NCBI GenBank assembly: GCA_014654455.1 | Contig: JACWCY010000003.1 | Coordinates: 27,279-91,278 of the forward strand | DNA: 64,000 nucleotides | Source of the DNA: Pelagibacterales bacterium SAG-MED01 | GTDB taxonomy: Bacteria > Pseudomonadota > Alphaproteobacteria > Pelagibacterales > Pelagibacteraceae | Direction of reading: 5' to 3' | Shown here: piece after piece, positions 9,766 through 17,799 of the stretch | Position numbering within the stretch: the first letter of the stretch is position 1 | Layout: every line of letters starts with the position of its first letter | Notes under the pieces: model-generated | Told to the model about the DNA's origin: nothing | Databases searched by the model: none | The model's input: the letters and a program-made list of their open reading frames with translations, nothing else | Translations under genes and position numbers: made by a program

Positions 9766-10242
9766 TCATTTTAACGGATAATTCTTTTTAAGTAAAAATT
9801 TATTAATTAAAATAGCTAAAGAAATAATGATAATACATCCAAATATAATTGGACTTAGTAAATAATCATAAGAAACACTTCCAATAATTACCATTATAGG
9901 ATTTCCACCTGCTGGAGGATGGACAATATTAAGTAATATCATTAAAAAAATTCCAACTCCAACTGCTAAAGCTATATTAATGAATATTGGTAATGGTACA
10001 AGAGCTACAAAAACTACACCTACAAGCGCAGTAACTAAATGACCGAAAAAAACATTTTTTGGTTGGGCAAATGGACTTTCAGGAAAACCAAATAATAGAA
10101 CCATCGAAGACCCAAAAGATCCAGCTATGAATAAACCTAGAGTACTTTTGTAAGTTAAAATAGTAAGAACACCTATAGTGAAAGCTGAAAATATTCCAGC
10201 TAGAAGAGCTTTTTTAAGAATTTCTTTATTAATATTTACCAT
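9766..10242 (-). CDS. HPP-family membrane protein
   Basis: FGSSMVLLFGFPESPFAQPKNV and VHPPAG motifs. Start set at ATG 10242, which overlaps the upstream stop (TAATG). Confidence 0.88.
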   Translation of the reverse strand: MVNINKEILKKALLAGIFSAFTIGVLTILTYKSTLGLFIAGSFGSSMVLLFGFPESPFAQPKNVFFGHLVTALVGVVFVALVPLPIFINIALAVGVGIFLMILLNIVHPPAGGNPIMVIIGSVSYDYLLSPIIFGCIIIISLAILINKFLLKKNYPLK

Positions 10243-10640
10243 TATATTTTTAGAGCTTTTAAAACAGTTCTTAAAGGGAGAAGCAAGCATTCTTTTCTAG
10301 TTATATTTTTTTTGTCAAATAATTCTAAAAATTCTTTCCAATTTTTCTCAATTACAATTTTTGTATTATCAAATTTATTTTCACAAGAGGTAATAAATTT
10401 TTTTATTTCTTTGATATCTTTATTCTTTATTTTTTGTGACAGAAGACTTACTGAAGCTTGACAATAGACACACGATTTACACTGATAGCCCATATCTAAA
10501 ACTGTATCATTTTTTACCACTAAACTGATTTCCATCTCATCACCGCAAATTGGATTTTTATTTTTGGACTGGTGAGTGAAATTATCAATAACTTTATTAT
10601 TTTCGGTGTTAGACGCAATTTCTAAAATTCTTAAATCCAT
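10242..10640 (-). CDS. IscU/SufU (NifU N-terminal)-like Fe-S scaffold protein
   Basis: NPICGD, SCVYCQAS and RKECLLLP cysteine pattern. Confidence 0.75.
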   Translation of the reverse strand: MDLRILEIASNTENNKVIDNFTHQSKNKNPICGDEMEISLVVKNDTVLDMGYQCKSCVYCQASVSLLSQKIKNKDIKEIKKFITSCENKFDNTKIVIEKNWKEFLELFDKKNITRKECLLLPLRTVLKALKI

Positions 10641-10683
10641 ATTAATTCTTTAATTCAAAATTTAATGTTTTATATTTTAATAT

Positions 10684-11292
10684 ATGGATCTTAACAATAT
10701 TTTAGGTGTAGTGCTAGCGGGCGGAAAGTCCCAAAGATTTGGTCAAGATAAGTCTCAAGTGAAATTAAAAGGCAAAATATTGATAGATTATATTCTTTCT
10801 GAAATAATTGATGAATTTAATGAGACTTTAATAGTCACAAACAAAACAATTAATTTTATGGAGTCTGAAAAAATTACAATAATAAAAGATTTTAAAGAAG
10901 GACTAGGACCATTAGGAGGAGTTTTATCTGCAATGAAATGGATTAAAAAAAATGATAAAAAATATAGTTGGATATCTACATTCCCCTCTGACACTCCTTT
11001 TTTTACAAAAAAAGAATTAAAAAATTTTTACAAAAGTATTCAAATTGAAAAAAATAAATTATTCTTTATTAAAAATAACAAAACAAGGCATAATATTTTT
11101 GGGTTATGGTCTTTAGAATTGATGGATCAGTTAGAATCTGATTTATTAAAAGGTGAGAGAAAGGTAGAATTTTGGGCTAATTCGATTGGGGTAAGTACAA
11201 TTAATGTAGAGTGTCAAAATTTTGATCCCTTTTTTAATATCAATACTAAAGAAGATTTAGAAAAAGCTAAAGAAATATTAAATAATGATTAG
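10684..11292 (+). CDS. mobA: Molybdenum cofactor guanylyltransferase
   Basis: VVLAGGKSQRFGQDK, GPLGG, PSDTPF, FFNINTKEDL. Confidence 0.92.
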   Translation: MDLNNILGVVLAGGKSQRFGQDKSQVKLKGKILIDYILSEIIDEFNETLIVTNKTINFMESEKITIIKDFKEGLGPLGGVLSAMKWIKKNDKKYSWISTFPSDTPFFTKKELKNFYKSIQIEKNKLFFIKNNKTRHNIFGLWSLELMDQLESDLLKGERKVEFWANSIGVSTINVECQNFDPFFNINTKEDLEKAKEILNND

Positions 11293-12535
11293 TTATAAGC
11301 AATCTAGAAATAAACTAAAAAGATCAAAAATTATAATTAAAGATGAAATTATTAAAAGCTCTAATTGTTTAAATAGAGTTTCAGCTTCTAATATATTTAG
11401 TAAATCCAACAACCCTGCTGCAGATAATGCTGCATTCGATGGTTTTGCAATAAATTCGAAAGATACAAAAAATTTAAACAAAGAAAAAGGTCAACCATTT
11501 AAAATTTTGAAAACAATTGCTGCAGGAGATAAACCTTGGATTAAAAAATTAAAAAAATTTCAAACAGTAGAAATTATGACAGGTGGAATAATTCCAAAAG
11601 GATTTGATACAATAATACCAATAGAACAAATAGTTTTTTATCCCAATAAAAAAAAAGCCTTAAATATTTTAATTAATAATAAAGTTAAAAAATATCAACA
11701 TGTAAGATTTAAAGGATCAGATTTTAAAAGAAATGATTTACTAATAAAAAAAGGAACTATTTTACAATCTGATCATATTTTAGCTTTAAAAACTTTAGGA
11801 ATAACAAATATTAAAGTAAAAAAAATACCTAAAATATTATTTTTTTCTACAGGTAATGAAATAACTGATCAAAAAAAAATTCCGGACTGGAAAGTTAGAA
11901 ATTCGAATAGTTATTATATTCAATCATTAAAAGAAAATTTTAAATTTGATTTTATAAATGGTGGAATTTTAAGAGACAAGGATGAGTTAATTTTTAAAAA
12001 AAAAATAAAAAAGATGTTAAATTCAAACATTGATATCATTATTACCTCTGGAGCAGTATCAGCTGGAAAGTTTGATTATGTTCCAAGTATTATAAAAAAA
12101 TTCAAACTAACAAGTTATTTTAAGGGAGTTGCTATAAGACCAGGAAAGCCAGTTCTATTTGCAAAGATTAAATCTAGACAAAAGGCAATTTTTGGCCTAC
12201 CTGGAAATCCTATTTCATCAGCAGCATGTTTTAGATTCTTTGTTTATCCTTATTTACGAGATTTATTGGGCTTAAAAGAAGAAAAACCTATTAAAGCAAT
12301 TTTAAAAAATAATTTTGTAAAAAAAATAAATTTCACCCGTTTCGTTAAAAGTAGAATTAATACAACTAAAAATGGTAATGTAGAAGTTGAAATCCTAAAA
12401 GGTCAAGAGTCTTTTAAAATTCAGTCATTTATTAAATCAAATATTTGGACTTTATTACCTTCTGGAAAATCAAAATTCAAAAAGGGAGAAATTGTAGATT
12501 GTTTTTTTCCACATCATCCAAATAAAACTTTTTAA
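11285..12535 (+). CDS. moeA: Molybdopterin molybdotransferase
   Basis: AAFDGFA, IMTGG, STGNEI, TSGAVSAGKFD, IRPGKP, GLPGNPIS. Confidence 0.93.
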   Translation: MISYKQSRNKLKRSKIIIKDEIIKSSNCLNRVSASNIFSKSNNPAADNAAFDGFAINSKDTKNLNKEKGQPFKILKTIAAGDKPWIKKLKKFQTVEIMTGGIIPKGFDTIIPIEQIVFYPNKKKALNILINNKVKKYQHVRFKGSDFKRNDLLIKKGTILQSDHILALKTLGITNIKVKKIPKILFFSTGNEITDQKKIPDWKVRNSNSYYIQSLKENFKFDFINGGILRDKDELIFKKKIKKMLNSNIDIIITSGAVSAGKFDYVPSIIKKFKLTSYFKGVAIRPGKPVLFAKIKSRQKAIFGLPGNPISSAACFRFFVYPYLRDLLGLKEEKPIKAILKNNFVKKINFTRFVKSRINTTKNGNVEVEILKGQESFKIQSFIKSNIWTLLPSGKSKFKKGEIVDCFFPHHPNKTF

Positions 12536-12589
12536 GCGAAGATCTATTTTTTGTTGTAGTTCAAAGTAATTTTAATTAAACATTGATTT

Positions 12590-13495
12590 ATGATCGAATT
12601 GAAAAATGAAAAAATTGCAATCCCAGTAGTTTTGTTTGCGGGCCTTCTCTGGTCTTTTGGTCCACTAGTTGTGAGATACATGGATAATCCACATATGGTG
12701 CCATGGCAATATATCTTTGGTCGAGGATTAACAATATTTATACTTTTAAATCTATATTTATATTTTGAAGAGGGAGTGAATTTTTACAAAAATTATAAAA
12801 AAATAGGTAGATCTGGAATAATAGGAGGTTGTGGTCTTGGTATTGCTATGATTTCATTTATTTATTCTATTACAAATACTAGCGCAGCTATTACATTATT
12901 ATGTTTGGCTGCAATGCCATTTTTTACAGCTATTTTGGCTTATTTATTTTTAAAAGAAAAAATTTCACTAAATGTTTGGGTATCAATATTTTTAGCCACA
13001 ATTGGTATTATCATTATGGCTGCTGGTAACACTGAAAAAAATTCTTTCATAGGATTTCTTTTTGGAATTACATCTTCAATAGGATTTTCAGTATTTTCAG
13101 TAACTCTTAGATGGAGAAAAGAAACACCTAAATTCACAACAGTTGCAGTTGCAGGCCTATTCTGTTTTGTATTTGCTACTCTGATGATTTTAATTACACA
13201 ACAGTCTTTTTTTTCAACAAGTTATAATAGCTCTATGTTTTCATTGCATGGTACTCTAGTTTGTTTGGGGTTAATTTTATATTCAATTGGCTCAAAAGCT
13301 ATTCCAGCTGCTGAATTAACCTTGTTATCTTTGACAGAGGTTATTGGAGGAATTTTTTGGGTTTGGTTACCATTATTTGGAATTAACGAAATTCCATCAA
13401 CTTATACTATAATTGGTGGATTTTTTCTTTTTGTATCTCTAATTTACTATAGTCTCATTATGAGATGGAATAAGAGACATATTGCATTAAATTAA
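12590..13495 (+). CDS. DMT/EamA-family transporter
   Basis: About 10 hydrophobic segments; FLKEKIS and LSLTEVIGGIFWVWL EamA-like motifs. Confidence 0.85.
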   Translation: MIELKNEKIAIPVVLFAGLLWSFGPLVVRYMDNPHMVPWQYIFGRGLTIFILLNLYLYFEEGVNFYKNYKKIGRSGIIGGCGLGIAMISFIYSITNTSAAITLLCLAAMPFFTAILAYLFLKEKISLNVWVSIFLATIGIIIMAAGNTEKNSFIGFLFGITSSIGFSVFSVTLRWRKETPKFTTVAVAGLFCFVFATLMILITQQSFFSTSYNSSMFSLHGTLVCLGLILYSIGSKAIPAAELTLLSLTEVIGGIFWVWLPLFGINEIPSTYTIIGGFFLFVSLIYYSLIMRWNKRHIALN

Positions 13496-13505
13496 AGTTA
13501 AATCT

Positions 13506-14717
13506 ATGGAACGACCAGATTTTTTTACACTTAAAAATGGTGAAAAAGCAAAACTTCCTTTTTCAAATAAGGAATATAATCAGAGATTAAATAAATTAAG
13601 AGACTCAATGGATAGAAATAATCTCGATATGGTTATTTTAACTTCATTGCATAATGTAGCGTATTATACAGGTTTTATATATTGTTCTTTTGGTCGACCA
13701 TATGCTTGCATTGTAACTAAAAATAAAATTTCAACTATTTCTGCTAATATTGATGCTAGCCAACCTTGGAGAAGATCTCATTGTGATAATGTTATTTATA
13801 CAGATTGGAAAAGAGATAATTTTTTAAAAGCAATTGTTTCTATTATTGGAAGAGATGAACCTCCTAAAAATATAGGATTAGAAAATGATCATATTACTTT
13901 AGATATGAAAGAAAAAATTGGTTCTATTTTTAATTTTTCTATTTTTACTGATATTTCAAAAGATTTAATGAAACTTCGAATGATAAAATCAAAAGAAGAA
14001 ATAGAAATTATTAAAAATGGTGCAAGAATTGCTGATTTAGGAGGAGAAGAAATTGTAAAAAATATCAAAGCAGGTGCAACAGAATTAGAAATAGCTATTG
14101 CTGGAAGAGATAGAATGGAAAGAGAAATAGCAAAAACTTATCCTGATGCAGAATATATGGATACATGGGTTTGGTTTCAGTCAGGAATTAATACTGATGG
14201 TGCACATAATCCAAAAACAAATCGTAAATTAGTTAAAGGTGATATTTTATCATTAAATACTTTTCCGATGATTTCAGGATACTATACTGCTTTGGAAAGA
14301 ACTCTTTTTTTGGAGACGGTTGATGACAATTCTTTAAAGGCTTGGGAAGCAAATGTAAAAGTTCACAAAAGAGGATTAGAGCTTATTAAACCAGGAGTTA
14401 AGTGTTCAGATATTTGCAATGAATTAAATGAACTTTTTGCTGAACTTGGATATTTACAATATAGAACTTTTGGGTACGGACATTCATTTGGAGTGCTATC
14501 TCATTTTTATGGTAGAGAGGCTGGTTTAGAATTAAGAGAAGATATTGATACAATACTTGAAGAAAACATGGTTGTATCAATGGAGCCAATGATTTTAATT
14601 CCAGAAGGAAAATCAGGAGCTGGAGGGTATCGTGAACATGATATTCTCGTAATTGGAGACAAAGGTGCAGAAAATATAAGTAAATTTCCTTTTGGGCCAG
14701 AGCATAATATTATTTAA
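13506..14717 (+). CDS. Creatinase (creatine amidinohydrolase, M24 fold)
   Basis: Creatinase-specific motifs CSFGRPY, QPWRRS, YTDWKRDN, WFQSGINTDGAHNP, YYTALERT, GYGHSFGVLSHFYGRE, GAGGYREHDIL, FPFGPEHNII. Confidence 0.9.
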   Translation: MERPDFFTLKNGEKAKLPFSNKEYNQRLNKLRDSMDRNNLDMVILTSLHNVAYYTGFIYCSFGRPYACIVTKNKISTISANIDASQPWRRSHCDNVIYTDWKRDNFLKAIVSIIGRDEPPKNIGLENDHITLDMKEKIGSIFNFSIFTDISKDLMKLRMIKSKEEIEIIKNGARIADLGGEEIVKNIKAGATELEIAIAGRDRMEREIAKTYPDAEYMDTWVWFQSGINTDGAHNPKTNRKLVKGDILSLNTFPMISGYYTALERTLFLETVDDNSLKAWEANVKVHKRGLELIKPGVKCSDICNELNELFAELGYLQYRTFGYGHSFGVLSHFYGREAGLELREDIDTILEENMVVSMEPMILIPEGKSGAGGYREHDILVIGDKGAENISKFPFGPEHNII

Positions 14718-14724
14718 GGTTTAA

Positions 14725-15840
14725 ATGAAAAAAAATAAAATGATAGTTAATAGTTGGAATGAATGGGATCCTCTTAAACATGTTATAGTTGGAAGAGCAG
14801 ATGGCACATGTATACCTGCACCAGAACCAGCTCTCGATGCCAAGGTACCTGAAGACTCTGATATGAGAGGTAAATTTGGTCCAAGAACAAAAGATGCTGT
14901 AGATAAAGCTAATCAATTATTAGATGATTTTTCTAAAATGTTAGAAAGACGTGGAATTAAAGTAGATAGACCTTTACCGATAGATTTTAACCAAAAAACA
15001 TCTACTCCAGATTGGGACTCAGAAACCATGTTTGGCTGTATGCCTCCAAGGGATGTTTTACTTACAGTAGGAAATGAAATTTTAGAAGCTACAATGAGTT
15101 ATAGATGTAGATGGTTTGAATATCTTTGCTACAGACCTCTTTTAAAAGAATATTATAACTCAGATCCAAATATGAAGCATGAGGCTGCTCCAAAACCTAG
15201 ATTAACAGATGCTGATTATCGTAAAGATTATTTGTCAGATCAAATTGGTATTCAAAAAAGATTGCAATGGACTGAAGATAAATTTTTTGTAACTACAGAA
15301 GAAGAGCCTTTGTTTGATGCTGCCGATGTTTTAAGATTTGGTAAAGACCTAGTTGTTCAACACGGCTTTACAACAAATTTAAAAGGTATCGACTGGCTTA
15401 AGAGACATTACAAAGATCACAGAGTTCATACTGTAAATTTTCCTGGTGATCCTTACCCAATTCATATTGATGCAACTTTTACACCTATTAGAGAAGGTTT
15501 AATCATAAATAATCCTCAAAGAAAATTGCCAAATGAGCAGAGAAAATTATTTGAAAAAAATGGCTGGGAAATAATTGATGCTGCACAACCGGCTCATAAC
15601 GAGCCTCCACCACTGTGTTATTCATCTGTTTGGCTTTCCATGAATGTTTTAGTGCTTGATCCTAAAACAGTGTGTGTTGAGAAAAGTGAAAAATATCAAG
15701 CAGAACAATTAGATAAACTAGGAATGGAAGTAATTCCTGTAGAGTTGAGAGATGCATATGCTTTTGGAGGTGGTTTGCATTGTTGTACTGCTGACGTTTA
15801 TAGAGAAGGTGAATTAAAAGATTACTTTCCTAAGCAATAA
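14725..15840 (+). CDS. Amidinotransferase, L-arginine:glycine amidinotransferase (AGAT/GATM)-like
   Basis: NEWDPL..VIVGRA, PPRD, catalytic FDAAD / HID / GGGLHC, and SSxWLSMN. Confidence 0.88.
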   Translation: MKKNKMIVNSWNEWDPLKHVIVGRADGTCIPAPEPALDAKVPEDSDMRGKFGPRTKDAVDKANQLLDDFSKMLERRGIKVDRPLPIDFNQKTSTPDWDSETMFGCMPPRDVLLTVGNEILEATMSYRCRWFEYLCYRPLLKEYYNSDPNMKHEAAPKPRLTDADYRKDYLSDQIGIQKRLQWTEDKFFVTTEEEPLFDAADVLRFGKDLVVQHGFTTNLKGIDWLKRHYKDHRVHTVNFPGDPYPIHIDATFTPIREGLIINNPQRKLPNEQRKLFEKNGWEIIDAAQPAHNEPPPLCYSSVWLSMNVLVLDPKTVCVEKSEKYQAEQLDKLGMEVIPVELRDAYAFGGGLHCCTADVYREGELKDYFPKQ

Positions 15841-15845
15841 TTTAT

Positions 15846-16073
15846 TTAGCTTGGGTTTTGTTTTAAAAATTCAATATATTCTAAGACAATATTATATTTT
15901 TCATCAGGTATATCTTTGTAACTAGCATTAAATTTTTCTCTGACACACAACGCAACATGTGCGTAAGGATTACGGCCTTTGGGATGATTTGGATGTTCAG
16001 GTAGCTGACCTGCCAAATAATCGCCAGCTTCCTGAATAATTTTCCATAGTTTACCTGCATTTTCTTTATTCAT
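15846..16073 (-). CDS. Small conserved-looking hypothetical protein (75 aa); C-terminus resembles the ORF6C domain
   Basis: Non-low-complexity ORF; start overlaps the upstream stop at 16073; contains HPNHPKGRNPYAH. Confidence 0.6.
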   Translation of the reverse strand: MNKENAGKLWKIIQEAGDYLAGQLPEHPNHPKGRNPYAHVALCVREKFNASYKDIPDEKYNIVLEYIEFLKQNPS

Positions 16074-16900
16074 TAATAAGATCCTTTTTTTGATGATCCT
16101 TTATAAAAAATATCTTGAAGATTATGATTTTCTCTCTTTTTTATTTTTAAATCATTTTCATTAAGTAAAGATTTAGGTCTTCCAATTTTTTCATGAAAAT
16201 CAAATTCATCAACACCTCTTGCTAATTGAACACTATTTTTACCTAAAATTTGCTTAACATTAGTTCCAATATAACTTTGAATTACAAAACCTATTCTTCG
16301 ATCATTACTTTTGTTTAAATCTGAACCGTGGACTACAGTAGGGTGATGAAGAGACATTTGCCCTGCATTTAAAATTAATGGTGTAGTTTTTTCTTTTGGT
16401 ACATTTTTGACAGTTTGACCCCTAGTTAATAAATTACCTTCATTAAACTTTTGATCATGTTCTTTAAGATTATCTTTATGTGACCCTGACCACATTCTCA
16501 TGCATCCATTTTTTTCATTGGAATCAGTTATAGCAACCCAAGCAGTTACCCAGTTATGTGGCTCTAAACCTATATACTTTGCATCTTGGTGATAGCTAAC
16601 AAATCCTTTTTCATTTGGATTTTTAATAAACAAAGTAGTTCCGCAAACAAGTATATTTTTACCAATTAAACTTTCAACAGCATCTAAAATTTTTGAATTA
16701 TGTGTTACTTCATCTAGTAAAGGTGAGATTAAATGAGCATTATATCTTCCAGATTTTTCTAATTCATCAGGAATTCTACTTTCAATCAATTCAATTTCAT
16801 TTCTTATTTTTTTTGTTTTTGCATCAGAGAAAATGTTTATTGGAGAAACAAATCCCTCATCCTCATACTGTTTGAGTTGATTTGAAGAAAGATAAGACAT
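16073..16900 (-). CDS. Fe(II)/2-oxoglutarate dioxygenase, PhyH family
   Basis: HQD...VHGS facial triad, NGCM..GSH and a terminal RR motif. Confidence 0.88.
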   Translation of the reverse strand: MSYLSSNQLKQYEDEGFVSPINIFSDAKTKKIRNEIELIESRIPDELEKSGRYNAHLISPLLDEVTHNSKILDAVESLIGKNILVCGTTLFIKNPNEKGFVSYHQDAKYIGLEPHNWVTAWVAITDSNEKNGCMRMWSGSHKDNLKEHDQKFNEGNLLTRGQTVKNVPKEKTTPLILNAGQMSLHHPTVVHGSDLNKSNDRRIGFVIQSYIGTNVKQILGKNSVQLARGVDEFDFHEKIGRPKSLLNENDLKIKKRENHNLQDIFYKGSSKKGSY

Positions 16901-16916
16901 AATATTAAAATATTAT
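16899..16916. promoter_or_regulatory. Palindromic 16-bp head-to-head spacer (ATAATATT-AA-AATATTAT); probable bidirectional leaderless promoter
   Basis: 8-bp inverted repeat spans the gap between divergent ATGs at 16900 and 16917; TAAAAT at 16906-16911. Confidence 0.4.
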
Positions 16917-17702
16917 ATGAGCATATCTATTTCTTCAATAAATTATTGCCCAGTCAAATCTATTTCTTTTCAAACTATTAAAAGTTGTGAAATTAGAAAA
17001 AATATTGGAATAATTGGAGACAGAATTTTTGCATTTTCCAAAGGATTAGATTTAAATCAATCACAGTTATTTGAAAAAAAGATTGAAGAGAGGAGAGGAA
17101 AATGGAACAAACTTCTTACTCTTAAAAACTCACCTTCTTTAAACAAATATAATTTTTTGTTTGGTAATGATAAATTAACGCTTGTTCAAAATAATAATGA
17201 AATTTTAACAATAAATAGTAATAAAACTGATGAATATGGATTGCTTTCAAACAAAATTCTAGAATTAGAAAACTCTTTTCAACAACCTTTGTTTTTGATG
17301 AAAAATAAAGATATTCCTTTTTTTGATACATCTATATCAAATAAGACACTTTTAACTCATTCAATATCTCTCATAAACATTAAAAGTATTGAGGATTTTA
17401 AAAATAAAACTAACCAAGAAATTGAGACCCAAAGATTTAGGGGCAATCTATATGTTGATGGAGTTGATGCTTGGGAAGAAAGAAATTGGATTGGAAATAT
17501 TATTAAGATAAACAATATTTCATTCAAAGTTGAAAAAAATATACCAAGATGTGTGGCAATCAACTTAAAACCAAATACTGATGATAATAGTTTGAATTTA
17601 CTTCAATCTTTAAAAAAAAATTATAATCATTTTGATATGGGAGTTTATTTAACAGCATTAGACGATGGATTAATTAATATCGGTGATAATATTTCATTAT
17701 AA
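16917..17702 (+). CDS. MOSC-domain protein (MOSC N-terminal beta-barrel plus MOSC)
   Basis: YCPVKS, GDRIFA, RFRGNLYVDG..AWEE, PRCVAIN (Moco-ligating Cys), MGVY. Confidence 0.85.
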   Translation: MSISISSINYCPVKSISFQTIKSCEIRKNIGIIGDRIFAFSKGLDLNQSQLFEKKIEERRGKWNKLLTLKNSPSLNKYNFLFGNDKLTLVQNNNEILTINSNKTDEYGLLSNKILELENSFQQPLFLMKNKDIPFFDTSISNKTLLTHSISLINIKSIEDFKNKTNQEIETQRFRGNLYVDGVDAWEERNWIGNIIKINNISFKVEKNIPRCVAINLKPNTDDNSLNLLQSLKKNYNHFDMGVYLTALDDGLINIGDNISL

Positions 17703-17799
17703 AATTTTATAATCAACTCCAGATTGAAATTTTTCAGCTATACTTTTTAAATCATTTTTGGTTTAATTATTTTTTTAATTAAAAAATAGGGGAGAATAA

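Noticed and set aside
13506-14717. M24 protein as ectoine hydrolase DoeA/EutD, DMSP lyase DddP or Xaa-Pro peptidase
   Set aside because: The motifs match creatinase throughout and not those families.
14725-15840. Amidinotransferase as part of a toxin or antibiotic cluster (CyrA, SxtG, StrB1, AmtA)
   Set aside because: No PKS, NRPS or tailoring genes nearby; the context is catabolic.
16073-16900. PhyH enzyme as ectoine hydroxylase EctD, given the nearby ehu-like genes
   Set aside because: It lacks the EctD signature FxWHSDFETWHxEDG; it reads SYHQDAKY.
17771-17786. 16-bp palindrome TTTTTTAATTAAAAAA upstream of the SBP gene
   Set aside because: Pure A/T low complexity; not distinguishable from background.
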